The notes beneath the pieces were generated by a model. The model made no database searches and was not told where the DNA came from. It was given only the letters and a program-made list of their open reading frames with translations. Below, one piece after another: positions 1 through 9,058 of a stretch of 64,000 bases of DNA. Source of the DNA: an uncultured Bdellovibrionales bacterium (lineage in GTDB: Bacteria; Bdellovibrionota; UBA1018; CAIPTA01); NCBI GenBank assembly GCA_964612065.1, contig CAZTCD010000001.1, forward strand, positions 7,013 to 71,012. Reading direction: 5' to 3'. Numbering within the stretch: the stretch's first letter is position 1; the number at the start of each line of letters is the position of its first letter. The position numbers were made by a program, and so were the translations under genes.

Positions 1-1154
1 CTGCCCGTACGCCAATTGGATCTTTTCTGGGCGCGCTTTCTACCATCCCTGCGCCTCGGCTGGGGGCCGTTGCCATTAAGGCTGCGCTGGAAAGGGCAAA
101 GCTCGATTCTAAATTGGTAGATCAGGTGATCATGGGTAACGTGCTGTCGGCGGGGCAGGGCCAGGCCCCTGCCAGGCAAGCTATGATTTATGCGGGCATT
201 CCGCAAAATGTTCCCGCGATGACGATAAATAAAGTTTGTGGCTCTGGAATGCAGGCAGTGAACCTTGCTCGGAATGCGATCATTTCCGGTGAGAGCGAAT
301 GCGTAGTTGCCGGTGGTATGGAAAATATGAGCCTTGTTCCGTATCTCATGGAAGAGGCTCGTACCGGATTCCGAATGGGCGAGAAGAAGCTGAAGGACTC
401 GATGGTTTCGGATGGGCTCTGGGATCCATACAATAATTTCCACATGGGTAATGCCGCCGAGCTTTGCGTAAAAGAGCATAAGTTTTCTCGCGAAGAGCAG
501 GACCGCTTTGCCAGACAAAGCTTTGAGAGGGCTCAGGCAGCGGTGAAGAGCGGCGCGTTTAAGGCGGAGATCGCTCCTGTTACCATTCCCCAACGGAAAG
601 GTGATCCTGTATTATTTGAAGCAGACGAGGGCCCGTTCAAAGGTGATCCCTCGAAAATTGCAGGACTTCGCCCGGCTTTTGATAAAGAAGGCACGATAAC
701 GGCGGCCAATGCTTCCACGATCAATGATGGAGCTGCTGCTCTCTTGGTTACCAGCCGGGAGTTTGCGGATAAGCACGGCTTGAAGCCGATGGCGAAGATT
801 TTATCCTGCGGGATTCACGCGCAGGCTCCAGAGTGGTTTACTACCGCTCCTGTAGAGGCAATAAAAAAAGCGCTTTCCAAAGCGGGCCTTTCCTCCGGTG
901 ATATTGATCTTTGGGAAGTGAACGAAGCCTTTGCAGTAGTGGCTCTTGCTGCCGCTAAGGGAGTAGACATCCCGGAAACCAAGTTGAATGTGCACGGTGG
1001 CGGGATTTCACTTGGCCATCCCATTGGCGCAAGCGGTGCAAGAATCATGGCCACCCTCCTTCACGCCATGCAAGCAAAAGGAGCGAAGCGCGGTCTGGGC
1101 TCCTTGTGTATCGGTGGTGGCGAGGGAATCGCCATGGTGGTGGAAAAGCTCTAA
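1..1154 (+). CDS. acetyl-CoA C-acetyltransferase (thiolase), 5' partial. The reading frame is open from base 3 to the window edge.
   Basis: The frame-3 translation from the window start reads [13 protein letters not shown]...[19 protein letters not shown], a typical thiolase N-terminus. The NKVCGSG catalytic-Cys region, the [11 protein letters not shown] motif and the C-terminal CIGGGEG motif are all present. Confidence 0.9.
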   Translation, partial: ARTPIGSFLGALSTIPAPRLGAVAIKAALERAKLDSKLVDQVIMGNVLSAGQGQAPARQAMIYAGIPQNVPAMTINKVCGSGMQAVNLARNAIISGESECVVAGGMENMSLVPYLMEEARTGFRMGEKKLKDSMVSDGLWDPYNNFHMGNAAELCVKEHKFSREEQDRFARQSFERAQAAVKSGAFKAEIAPVTIPQRKGDPVLFEADEGPFKGDPSKIAGLRPAFDKEGTITAANASTINDGAAALLVTSREFADKHGLKPMAKILSCGIHAQAPEWFTTAPVEAIKKALSKAGLSSGDIDLWEVNEAFAVVALAAAKGVDIPETKLNVHGGGISLGHPIGASGARIMATLLHAMQAKGAKRGLGSLCIGGGEGIAMVVEKL

Positions 1155-1176
1155 ATCTCCCTTCAGGAGGATGCTT

Positions 1177-1872
1177 ATGGCGGTGAAGATTTTTTCTTCG
1201 GCGATGGAGGCGGTAGCGGATATTTCTGATAACGCCACTCTCTGCATCGGAGGCTTCGGCCTGTGTGGAATCCCTGAAAACTTGATCAAGGCTTTGGTGG
1301 AGCGGGGTGTGACCGGCCTTACCTGCGTAAGTAATAATGCGGGCGTGGACCATTTTGGGATCGGGCTTCTCTTTGCAAAGAAGCAAGTGAAGAAGATGAT
1401 TTCAAGCTATGTGGGTGAGAATGCCACATTTGAGAAACTCCTGCTTTCTGGAGAACTCGAAGTAGAACTTGTTCCGCAAGGCACTCTTGCAGAGCGAGTA
1501 AGGGCGGGAGGCGCCGGAATTCCCGCCTTTTTCACTCCCACAGGAGTTGGCACTCTGGTGGCGGAAGGCAAAGAAGTACGGTCCTTTGATGGCCGAGAAT
1601 ATGTGATGGAGCGTGCTATCAAGGGGGACTTCTCCCTGGTAAAGGCATGGAAGGCCGATAAGCTCGGGAATCTGGTTTATCGAAAGACAGCTCGCAATTT
1701 CAACCCAATGATGGCTACAGCCGGAAAGGTTTGCATCGTGGAGGTGGAGGAAATCGTAGAGGCTGGAGAGCTCGACCCTGATCATATTCATACGCCGGCG
1801 GTTTATGTAGACCGGATCGTTCTCGGGAAGTTCGAAAAGCGTATCGAACAGCGCACTACAAGGAAGGTGTAG
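1177..1872 (+). CDS. scoA: 3-oxoacid CoA-transferase subunit A
   Basis: [16 protein letters not shown]...GIPENLI...SNNAG matches the CoA-transferase family I alpha subunit. An AGGAGG Shine-Dalgarno sits 6 nt upstream of the ATG at 1177. It lies directly downstream of the thiolase. Confidence 0.85.
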   Translation: MAVKIFSSAMEAVADISDNATLCIGGFGLCGIPENLIKALVERGVTGLTCVSNNAGVDHFGIGLLFAKKQVKKMISSYVGENATFEKLLLSGELEVELVPQGTLAERVRAGGAGIPAFFTPTGVGTLVAEGKEVRSFDGREYVMERAIKGDFSLVKAWKADKLGNLVYRKTARNFNPMMATAGKVCIVEVEEIVEAGELDPDHIHTPAVYVDRIVLGKFEKRIEQRTTRKV

Positions 1873-1873
1873 A

Positions 1874-2536
1874 ATGCCGGCACTCAGCAGAGATCAGATT
1901 GCGATGCGGATCTCCCGCGAGCTACAGGACGGGATGTTTGTGAATCTCGGCATTGGCATTCCCACTCTCGTAGCGAACTTTATCCCATCGGGAATGAATG
2001 TTGTTCTTCAGAGCGAGAATGGTCTGCTGGGGATCGGACCTTTTCCCACGGAAGCGGAAGTGGATCCTGATCTCATTAATGCAGGCAAGCAAACAGTAAC
2101 TACTGTACCTGGTTCCAGCTTTTTCTCTTCGGCTGATTCCTTTGCGATGATCCGGGGTGGCCACATTGATCTCTGTATTCTTGGTGCAATGCAGGTAGAT
2201 GTGAAGGGTAATTTGGCTAACTGGATGATCCCCGGTAAAATGGTGAAAGGCATGGGGGGCGCCATGGACCTGGTTGCCGGATCACGCAAGATTGTGATTG
2301 CGATGCAACATGTGTCCAAGGATGGGGAGTCTAAGATTCTCAATCAGTGCTCCCTGCCATTGACCGGGATCAAGTGCGTGAGCACGGTGGTTACGGAGCT
2401 GGCGGTGCTTGAGCTCGAGCGAGACAAAGGGTTTCGCTTGAAGGAAAGAGCCCCTGGCGTGAGTGTGGATGAAATCAAGAAGGCCACTGAGGCTCCCTTG
2501 ATCATTGACGGTAACGTGCCGGAGATGACGTTTTAG
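1874..2536 (+). CDS. scoB: 3-oxoacid CoA-transferase subunit B
   Basis: The ATG is 1 nt after the scoA stop. The sequence is beta-subunit-like (NLGIGIPT...ENG...GAMQVD, catalytic Glu region SENG). Confidence 0.85.
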   Translation: MPALSRDQIAMRISRELQDGMFVNLGIGIPTLVANFIPSGMNVVLQSENGLLGIGPFPTEAEVDPDLINAGKQTVTTVPGSSFFSSADSFAMIRGGHIDLCILGAMQVDVKGNLANWMIPGKMVKGMGGAMDLVAGSRKIVIAMQHVSKDGESKILNQCSLPLTGIKCVSTVVTELAVLELERDKGFRLKERAPGVSVDEIKKATEAPLIIDGNVPEMTF

Positions 2537-2574
2537 GAGTGCTTTGGGGCCAGCTGCAAGGAAGCAGGGGGCTA

Positions 2575-3612
2575 ATGGTATCGATCAAGCATCTGAAAAA
2601 GGGCGACGCTCTCATGAAGGAGGGCGATACCTCGAATTCCATGTACTGGGTGCAAAGCGGCACTCTTAGATTATTCAAGAAAAAAGGCGCCGGATTTATC
2701 GAGCTGGGTGTGGTGCACTCGGGCGAAGTTGTGGGCGAAATGAGCTTTCTTGATAATCAGCCGAGATCGGCCTCGGTGGAGGCTCTTCAGCCCTGCGATA
2801 TCGTGGAAATTCCCCGCGGAAAATTCGAAGAATTTATCAATGCGCAACCCTCCTGGATGAAGTCGCTTATCCAGACTCTCGTGAAACGCCTGCGAACCAC
2901 CAATAACCGCGTTCGCGAGCTCGAGAGCGCTTCGATGGTGTATGCGAAGGATGAGTCAGGAAAAACCAGCAAAGTGCATGAATTCCTGTCTTCGGCAGAA
3001 TCCATGAAGTTGTGCTCAGGCCTGCTTTTGGCGGCGGCTCGAAACGGCGAAAAAAGTGCGGATGGCTCGAATAAGGTGAAGGCCGGTTGGCTGCAATTTT
3101 ACGGTGGTCAGATTTTTGGGGTGCAGCTTTCCAAGATTCAGGTTTTCACCGATGTTTTGCATGAATGCGGCGTGATCAAGATTGAAAAGCAAAAGGATTT
3201 CGTAGAGCTTCACCTTCTGGACACTGATCGCTTGGAGAAGTTTATTTATTTCTCTCACGAGCAAAACTCTTTGCCAGACGACAAGCAGATACCGATTACT
3301 GTTAAGGGGGTTCAGATTCTGGATTGTGTGAATGAGTTTGGCAAGGTGGCGGAAACCGCGAATGGGGCGGAAACCGCAACTATTGACATGGAGGCTGTGT
3401 TTAAAGCCGCTGCGGAAAAGCGAAATCAGAAAGTGCCTTTTGAGTGGGGGGCTTTCGATGAGCTGGTAAAGAGCGGATTCTCTCAGGAAATACGAATCAC
3501 CGGAGAGCAAAAACCAGCCACTTTCCAAGTTGCGAGGTTTCAAAAACTTTTCCCTCTGCTATTTCTGAGGCAGAAATTCAAAGATCTGAATAAAGACAAG
3601 CGGGATGGCTAA
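2575..3612 (+). CDS. cyclic-nucleotide-binding domain protein with an uncharacterised C-terminal domain of about 220 aa
   Basis: The N-terminus matches the cNMP-binding fold (GDALMKEGD...GEVVGEMSFLD...RSASVEAL). No HTH or other known output domain is recognisable downstream. The start is taken at the ATG at 2575 after a GGAAGCAGGGGG purine-rich stretch. The track's GTG at 2539 overlaps its own Shine-Dalgarno. Confidence 0.6.
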   Translation: MVSIKHLKKGDALMKEGDTSNSMYWVQSGTLRLFKKKGAGFIELGVVHSGEVVGEMSFLDNQPRSASVEALQPCDIVEIPRGKFEEFINAQPSWMKSLIQTLVKRLRTTNNRVRELESASMVYAKDESGKTSKVHEFLSSAESMKLCSGLLLAAARNGEKSADGSNKVKAGWLQFYGGQIFGVQLSKIQVFTDVLHECGVIKIEKQKDFVELHLLDTDRLEKFIYFSHEQNSLPDDKQIPITVKGVQILDCVNEFGKVAETANGAETATIDMEAVFKAAAEKRNQKVPFEWGAFDELVKSGFSQEIRITGEQKPATFQVARFQKLFPLLFLRQKFKDLNKDKRDG

Positions 3613-4301
3613 GGGGTTTCTCTTGTAGCTTCGAGCACTCCGTTTATCAAATAGGGCTTGTCATTTGTGAGCCAATTTCTTCCGCCGTCGATTGTGGATG
3701 CTTTGTAGATAAGCTCCTGGCCCCTGCGCATATCTTCTGCAAATTTTCCCTCTGAGCTGAATTGATCTGCATTCAGGCGAAACCAGGCCTCACCTTTCCC
3801 CAGGTTATCAACAAAAATTGTGTATAACTCGGAAGGGGGAAAGCCCGGAGAGGGGCGTTGGAGATTGCCCCCTGGGAACCAGCTTTCTCCGCTATCTTCG
3901 GTGATCCAGGTGAGAAATTCTGCGGAGGGCCCTTCGATACACGGCTCGATCAGGGCGATAATGCGACCATTCCATTGGTCATGAAAAACGTGAGAAAAGC
4001 AGTGGGAGGGGAGCCGATTCCGGAGATCCAGAACTTCTATCTCGCTTCCATTTTTTATCTCGATCACGGGACCAAAGCCGTACATCTTATCCATGGTTTT
4101 CTGATCTCCCTTAAAGGACATTTTTCCTTCATAAAGTCTGAAGGTGCGGTCTTTCCATTGAATGGCGTAGGCCTGCATTGACGGAAATCTCTCAGGAGCC
4201 TTCATCACGGAAGAGGGATGCAGCTTTATTGGATCGTTTCGGTGAATGGATGCGCCGGTGGTGCAGGCGCTTAGGAATAGTGCAAAAAATAAGAATCGCA
4301 T
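3609..4301 (-). CDS. hypothetical lipoprotein
   Basis: The ORF begins with a signal peptide and lipobox, MRFLFFALFLSAC. The start is placed at this Met rather than the upstream in-frame Met. There is no recognisable catalytic motif. Confidence 0.5.
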   Translation of the reverse strand: MRFLFFALFLSACTTGASIHRNDPIKLHPSSVMKAPERFPSMQAYAIQWKDRTFRLYEGKMSFKGDQKTMDKMYGFGPVIEIKNGSEIEVLDLRNRLPSHCFSHVFHDQWNGRIIALIEPCIEGPSAEFLTWITEDSGESWFPGGNLQRPSPGFPPSELYTIFVDNLGKGEAWFRLNADQFSSEGKFAEDMRRGQELIYKASTIDGGRNWLTNDKPYLINGVLEATRETP

Positions 4302-4392
4302 CCTCAATGCATACCCCAAAATAAAAAAGCCGGCCAGGGAACCTGGCCGGCGGGCACGCATGCAGGGGGATGAACGCGTGCGATGGGAGATT

Positions 4393-5505
4393 CTATTTTT
4401 TGGTGTAAATCAGCTCGTAGGTGTCGGTGCCTTTCAGGATGGCAGATCCGTTGAGCTTCACCATATAACCGGAGCGCACATTCCCTGATGTAGGGTAGTA
4501 GGATGTGGGCTGGTTAGAGCGGTATCCAACGTATTCCCATCCGTTGCTGTTGCTGTTAGGCAAAGTGGAACCGTTTTTCTTCACAGTGATGGAAGAGGGA
4601 TCCGGCTCCTCGGGGAATACAAGGTAGTTGAATTCGATTGTCTGCACGATGGTTACCAGGCGCGAGCGGATGTCATAGAGCACATTGGACAAACCGCCGT
4701 TGCAAAGATCGTACGAAGCGCCGCCCAGTGCAGCTGCCATATTCATATAACGAATGCCTGCCCAAGTGCGTCCACCTCCGTAGCAGTCAGAATAGCTCTG
4801 AGCTGATACTACTGAGTAGAGGCGGTCCAACTGGGGTACATTGTTTTTGACCTGCAAGAAGTAGTTCTTGTAGGCATCGAATGAAGCCTGGGTGGTGGGG
4901 CTATTGTAGTCGATCGAGGTGGTTGCACCATCGGGGCGTGTAATATATGCAACGCCGGAGTGGTCATCGTTATTCGATATGATTACCATCGCAAGGGCGG
5001 CATCCTGGCGGATAAAGCCGGAGCTGATCAGGCTATTCAAATTGTAGTTCATGTTCTGGAACCCAAGATCAACGTTTCCAGTGGACGAGTTTCTGGAGTT
5101 GATCCAGCCAGAATCACCTGAAAGGCTGTTGAAATAGTTCACGCTCGAAGGGCCAACGCATCCTCCAGATGGAACGCCGTTGCAGTCAGTGGCCAGAACT
5201 ACTTTTGAGCTGATATGTTGCTGGCTTAGAAGGGGCAGAACTACAACTCGGTATTCCCAGTTCGTATCGAGTTGAGCCAGAAATCCCGAAAGCTGTGGCT
5301 TCAGCTGGGCCATTGCGTTGGTTAAAGAGTCAGAATTGTCCTGGAAGATCACTAGATCAAGCTTTGGCTTGATGTAGTTGTACTGGCCGGCGATTCCTAC
5401 CGAGCTCTCTTCGAGTTTTCTGAAGGTTTTCTTACCGCAGGCAGAAAGCGCAGTAATAGCCATCAGGGCTACAGTCACGGCTTTCCAGTTTCTCGGCTTC
5501 AACAT
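4393..5505 (-). CDS. hypothetical Asn/Ser/Tyr-rich lipoprotein
   Basis: A lipoprotein signal MLKPRNWKAVTVALMAITALSAC is present, with an AGGAG Shine-Dalgarno 8 nt upstream of this Met. It is a long, low-complexity N/S/G/Y-rich, surface-type protein. Confidence 0.55.
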   Translation of the reverse strand: MLKPRNWKAVTVALMAITALSACGKKTFRKLEESSVGIAGQYNYIKPKLDLVIFQDNSDSLTNAMAQLKPQLSGFLAQLDTNWEYRVVVLPLLSQQHISSKVVLATDCNGVPSGGCVGPSSVNYFNSLSGDSGWINSRNSSTGNVDLGFQNMNYNLNSLISSGFIRQDAALAMVIISNNDDHSGVAYITRPDGATTSIDYNSPTTQASFDAYKNYFLQVKNNVPQLDRLYSVVSAQSYSDCYGGGRTWAGIRYMNMAAALGGASYDLCNGGLSNVLYDIRSRLVTIVQTIEFNYLVFPEEPDPSSITVKKNGSTLPNSNSNGWEYVGYRSNQPTSYYPTSGNVRSGYMVKLNGSAILKGTDTYELIYTKK

Positions 5506-5716
5506 AAACAACTCCTGGTAACAGTCACACTTCACATGCAATACACAACGTTCGCTTCCACTAAGGGCACGGGGCACTGTGATCTAGCATGGAAAAGCAA
5601 GGCCGATGCCAATAGGAGACAGGCTCCGTCCGATTATTTAAGTATTTGAATTCTCAGCATTATTTTAAGTTGAGTGGATTTTGGGCCCGGGTGCCTAATG
5701 TTTAGGCTCCGGTACG

Positions 5717-6601
5717 GTGTCTGATCTTTATACAGCTAATTATACGACTAAACTAAAACGGCAGAAGGTTGCCCCTGTCACGCAACTGCTCAATACTAAA
5801 TATATGGAAAACACGCTGAATCTTCTAATGCAGGACACCGCCCTTAAATGGTTTACCGTTGTGGCCGGTCGCCCGGTAGGACCTCTGAGCGCGAAAGAGA
5901 TAGCACAGAGAATCAAGGCCAACGAGCTTACTTTTGCTTCTCACGTCTGGAAGGACGGCTTCAGCGGCTGGACCCGAATTTATGACGTAATCGACTTTAA
6001 GCCTCTCTTGCCCGCGGAGCCCAGTGCCGCCCATTTGGCTGAAGTTCAGAAGAGTTCAAGCGGCGGAGCTCCTCCTCCTCTTGCGCCAGCTCAGAAGGAG
6101 GAGCTGCGGGTATGGTACGCATATCTTGATGAGGCTAGCTATGGTCCTGTATCTGATCGTGAAGTAACTTCACTTATTGAGAGTGGCCGTATAACCGCGA
6201 ACACTTATATGTGGACCAAAGGCTTTGATGATTGGCAGCTAGGGAAAGACATTGATTACTGGAAAAATCGCTTGGGTACCCCGGTTGCCACCAAGCCGGC
6301 GGATAAGAGAGCGGCTCCGAGAAAGCCATTTGAAACCCGAATCCTGCTTACTGATGGAAAAGAAGTTGGATGGGCCATCTGTAGAGATATCAGTGTCGGC
6401 GGAATGCAGGTACTTATGGACCATTCGCCAGGCCCTTCAGGTACGCAGCTCAAACTGAATGTGAACCCACAAGGTAGTGTGCCCGGCTTTGCTTGTGAGG
6501 GGGTAGTGGTTCGCATTCTCGAAGATGGAAGAGGATTTTCGTTCCGATTCACGTCTCTTTCGCCTGAAGCCCGTGCAGCCATTGAAAAGTATATTGGCTA
6601 G
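5717..6601 (+). CDS. tandem DUF4339 (GYF-like) domains fused to a C-terminal PilZ-like domain
   Basis: There are two copies of the W..VAG/YGP...E...I..G.l....vW..GF..W motif (WFTVVAGRPVGPLSAKEI...VWKDGFSGWTRI and WYAYLDEASYGPVSDREV...MWTKGFDDWQL). The C-terminus carries a DISVGG (DxSxGG) PilZ signature and a beta-barrel-like tail. The start is uncertain, either the GTG at 5717 or the ATG at 5804. Confidence 0.55.
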   Translation: MSDLYTANYTTKLKRQKVAPVTQLLNTKYMENTLNLLMQDTALKWFTVVAGRPVGPLSAKEIAQRIKANELTFASHVWKDGFSGWTRIYDVIDFKPLLPAEPSAAHLAEVQKSSSGGAPPPLAPAQKEELRVWYAYLDEASYGPVSDREVTSLIESGRITANTYMWTKGFDDWQLGKDIDYWKNRLGTPVATKPADKRAAPRKPFETRILLTDGKEVGWAICRDISVGGMQVLMDHSPGPSGTQLKLNVNPQGSVPGFACEGVVVRILEDGRGFSFRFTSLSPEARAAIEKYIG

Positions 6602-6603
6602 CC

Positions 6604-7539
6604 ATGATTGTAAAATCACGCGACGGTACTCTGATATTTGGTGAGAGTTTTCGCTCTCCTAAGGCAAGGGGAGCGATTCTTGTAGTTCATGGATTGGGAG
6701 AGCATGGCGGGCGCTACGATGAACTAGTAGAGCACATGCTCAAGCTTCGCTTTGATGTGTTTGTGATGGATTTGCGCGGACACGGCAGATCCACTGGAGT
6801 TCGCGGCCACTTTTCTGATATTTCAGAACATCATGAAGACCTGGATGCTTGGATTGCTCATCTCGTTGCCACAGGGGAGTTGTCTAACAATATGCCCTGT
6901 GTTTTGTTGGGGCATAGCTTGGGTGGGCTCATCGCGCTAACCTATGCGGCACAATATGTACCATCGCCTCTGTCACCGAAAATCGATGGACTCGTTTTAA
7001 GCTGTCCACTGCTTGGCCTTCGCTTGAATCCCCTGAAGTTGCTGGAAGCACAGGTGGCGAGGAAAGTGCCGGCATTTTTAGGTTCCCTTCAGGTGCCTAA
7101 CGGCGTAAGCGCGAATGATCTTAGTCACGATAAAGAGGAAGTGGAGAGGTATCTGAGAGATCCTCTCGTTCACAAATGGATAACGCCTGCCGCATTTCTT
7201 GCAATCGAGCGAGCTTTGGCCGGATTGCATAAATTACCGGCTCAGCTTGGAATGCGAGCATTGTTTTTGCTGAGCGGCAAAGACAGGGTAGTGGACACCA
7301 AGGCGTCAAAATTTTTCGCTGAGAAACTCGGGATTGCCCATTCAGGCCAAGTAGAGGTAAAGCTGTTCCATAGCTTCTTCCACGAGCCATTTCATGAGCT
7401 AAGGAGGGAGCGTGCCTTCCTCGAGCTCAAGAAATGGATTCTTCAATGCATACTGAAAAGTCACTTCCAAAGCCCAGCAAAGAAAGGCTCCTCAAGATCC
7501 TCCGGGAAAAGAGCTACCGTGAAGGGGACTTCACTCTAG
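6604..7539 (+). CDS. alpha/beta hydrolase of the lysophospholipase/monoacylglycerol-lipase family
   Basis: It carries an HGLGEHGGRY oxyanion region and a GHSLGG nucleophile elbow. The last roughly 30 aa overlap pyrE and look like a read-through extension. Confidence 0.7.
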   Translation: MIVKSRDGTLIFGESFRSPKARGAILVVHGLGEHGGRYDELVEHMLKLRFDVFVMDLRGHGRSTGVRGHFSDISEHHEDLDAWIAHLVATGELSNNMPCVLLGHSLGGLIALTYAAQYVPSPLSPKIDGLVLSCPLLGLRLNPLKLLEAQVARKVPAFLGSLQVPNGVSANDLSHDKEEVERYLRDPLVHKWITPAAFLAIERALAGLHKLPAQLGMRALFLLSGKDRVVDTKASKFFAEKLGIAHSGQVEVKLFHSFFHEPFHELRRERAFLELKKWILQCILKSHFQSPAKKGSSRSSGKRATVKGTSL

Positions 7540-8030
7540 CTAGCGGAAAAAAAAGCACCTTCTATCTCGATGTGAAGGAAACGGCTTTCAACCCAGAGGG
7601 GGCATACCTAATCGGCGCGCTTACTGTAGAAACACTAGTTAACGCCGGGATTAAGCCTTATGCCGTGGGTGGATTAACCCTGGGGGCTGATCCACTTGCT
7701 ACTTCAGTAAGTTTGGCGTTTTTCTCCATTGGGATGAATGTCCCTGCCTTTATTGTGCGCAAAGAGGCAAAAGATCATGGCACCTTGTCATGGGTGGAAG
7801 GCGCAAAAACCTTTCCCAGGGGTGCTGAATTGGTGGTGCTTGAGGATGTGACCACTACCGGAGGATCCTCCCTGAGAGCTGTGGAAAAACTCCGGGATGC
7901 GGGATTCAAGGTTACCGCGATTTTAACTGTGGTTGATCGGTTGGAAGGCGCACGTAAGATTATAGAATCGAAGGATCTGAAGTTTATCAGCCTTACCACG
8001 CTGATCGACATTCGCAGTACCAAGGCTTAA
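7446..8030 (+). CDS. pyrE: orotate phosphoribosyltransferase
   Basis: ERLLKILREKSYREGDFTLASGKKSTFYLDVK aligns to the PyrE N-terminus. A PRPP-binding acidic motif VVLEDVTTTGGS is present. The start is Met 7446 or 7434; both overlap the preceding hydrolase. Confidence 0.85.
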   Translation: MHTEKSLPKPSKERLLKILREKSYREGDFTLASGKKSTFYLDVKETAFNPEGAYLIGALTVETLVNAGIKPYAVGGLTLGADPLATSVSLAFFSIGMNVPAFIVRKEAKDHGTLSWVEGAKTFPRGAELVVLEDVTTTGGSSLRAVEKLRDAGFKVTAILTVVDRLEGARKIIESKDLKFISLTTLIDIRSTKA

Positions 8031-8872
8031 TTTAAGTACCCTGCTCGGTCGCCTGTAGGAAAACTTAGGCTTTGCTTCGGTATGTTCTTCCAAGCAGGAA
8101 GCTTCCAATATGAAGCATCAGGTGGAAGCTGTTGGTTGTCTGCGATAATCCAAATGAGGATCTTTCCAGAGTTCAGAAATACATCTGAATGACGGAACCC
8201 CTGCTCAAGGGCAATTTGATAAAAATCAGAGGTCGTGTCAATAACGGCGGCTTTTCTGCATTGGAGCAAAACGTTTGCTTCAGCGATTTCCATATAATCT
8301 CGTTCGTCGAGGTCGATTTCAAAAGCAGCTTTCCCCTGAGAAAATTCCAAGGTGTTCGATGATAGGTGGCGCTGAAATCTGTCGCTTAAAACGTGATTTA
8401 CTGTGAACTCCATAAGCTCACGCGATTTTTCTTTTACGCCACAACTCAGGTGATCTACCAAAGAGCGTCCATATGTTGTGTTAGATCGTCCAAGAAAGCT
8501 CACATCGCTTCCTTTCAAGCAGGGAGAAACCTGTCCTTGCTCGGGATTGATGTAGCTAAAACAGAGGTCACAGAAGAGCGCTTTTGCGAAATCGTCGTCA
8601 CCGTACAAAAGAATCCACGAGCCCTGTTGAATTTGTAGATTCAGGTCGCAAATGGAAGGAGGTAAATTCACTTTATCGAAATGGATTTGATCGCCTGCCT
8701 GAGACTCAGGAAACAAGCGAAGTTTCCTGAGCGGCTCGGCCCAGTCTTTTCCCAGCGCCTGAATGGAGCGTGTCCTTAATACAGGTTTCTTCCAGCCAAA
8801 GATCACAAGACCCACCTTTACTTTGATGCAGCTGCAAAACCCGCACCACAGCATTTTCGCGACTTGAATCAA
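8027..8872 (-). CDS. hypothetical protein with an N-terminal Cys cluster
   Basis: The 281-aa ORF converges on pyrE with a 4-nt overlap. Its N-terminus is WCGFCSCIKV. No recognisable family emerges by eye; a DTW-like domain was considered but is not supported. Confidence 0.4.
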   Translation of the reverse strand: MIQVAKMLWCGFCSCIKVKVGLVIFGWKKPVLRTRSIQALGKDWAEPLRKLRLFPESQAGDQIHFDKVNLPPSICDLNLQIQQGSWILLYGDDDFAKALFCDLCFSYINPEQGQVSPCLKGSDVSFLGRSNTTYGRSLVDHLSCGVKEKSRELMEFTVNHVLSDRFQRHLSSNTLEFSQGKAAFEIDLDERDYMEIAEANVLLQCRKAAVIDTTSDFYQIALEQGFRHSDVFLNSGKILIWIIADNQQLPPDASYWKLPAWKNIPKQSLSFPTGDRAGYLN

Positions 8873-9058
8873 CGGTCGGCTGGTTAACTAACTGATTTTT
8901 AATGAAAAATTTGACTATAACGACAGCTGCCAGGGGCCAGGAGTAGCTGAAAACACAGGCCAATTTGACACTGCGGTGTCAGCTTGGCATTCCTTCTGTC
9001 TCTGATTTTCATAGTTTTAACGAGCTGAGTTCACCCTCGAAATCGCTATAATGTACCT

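Noticed and set aside
8027-8872. DTW-domain (tRNA acp3U transferase) assignment for the 281-aa Cys-cluster protein
   Set aside because: The N-terminal CxxCxC cluster is suggestive, but I could not find the DGTW core motif (the closest is YGDDDF). It is left as hypothetical.
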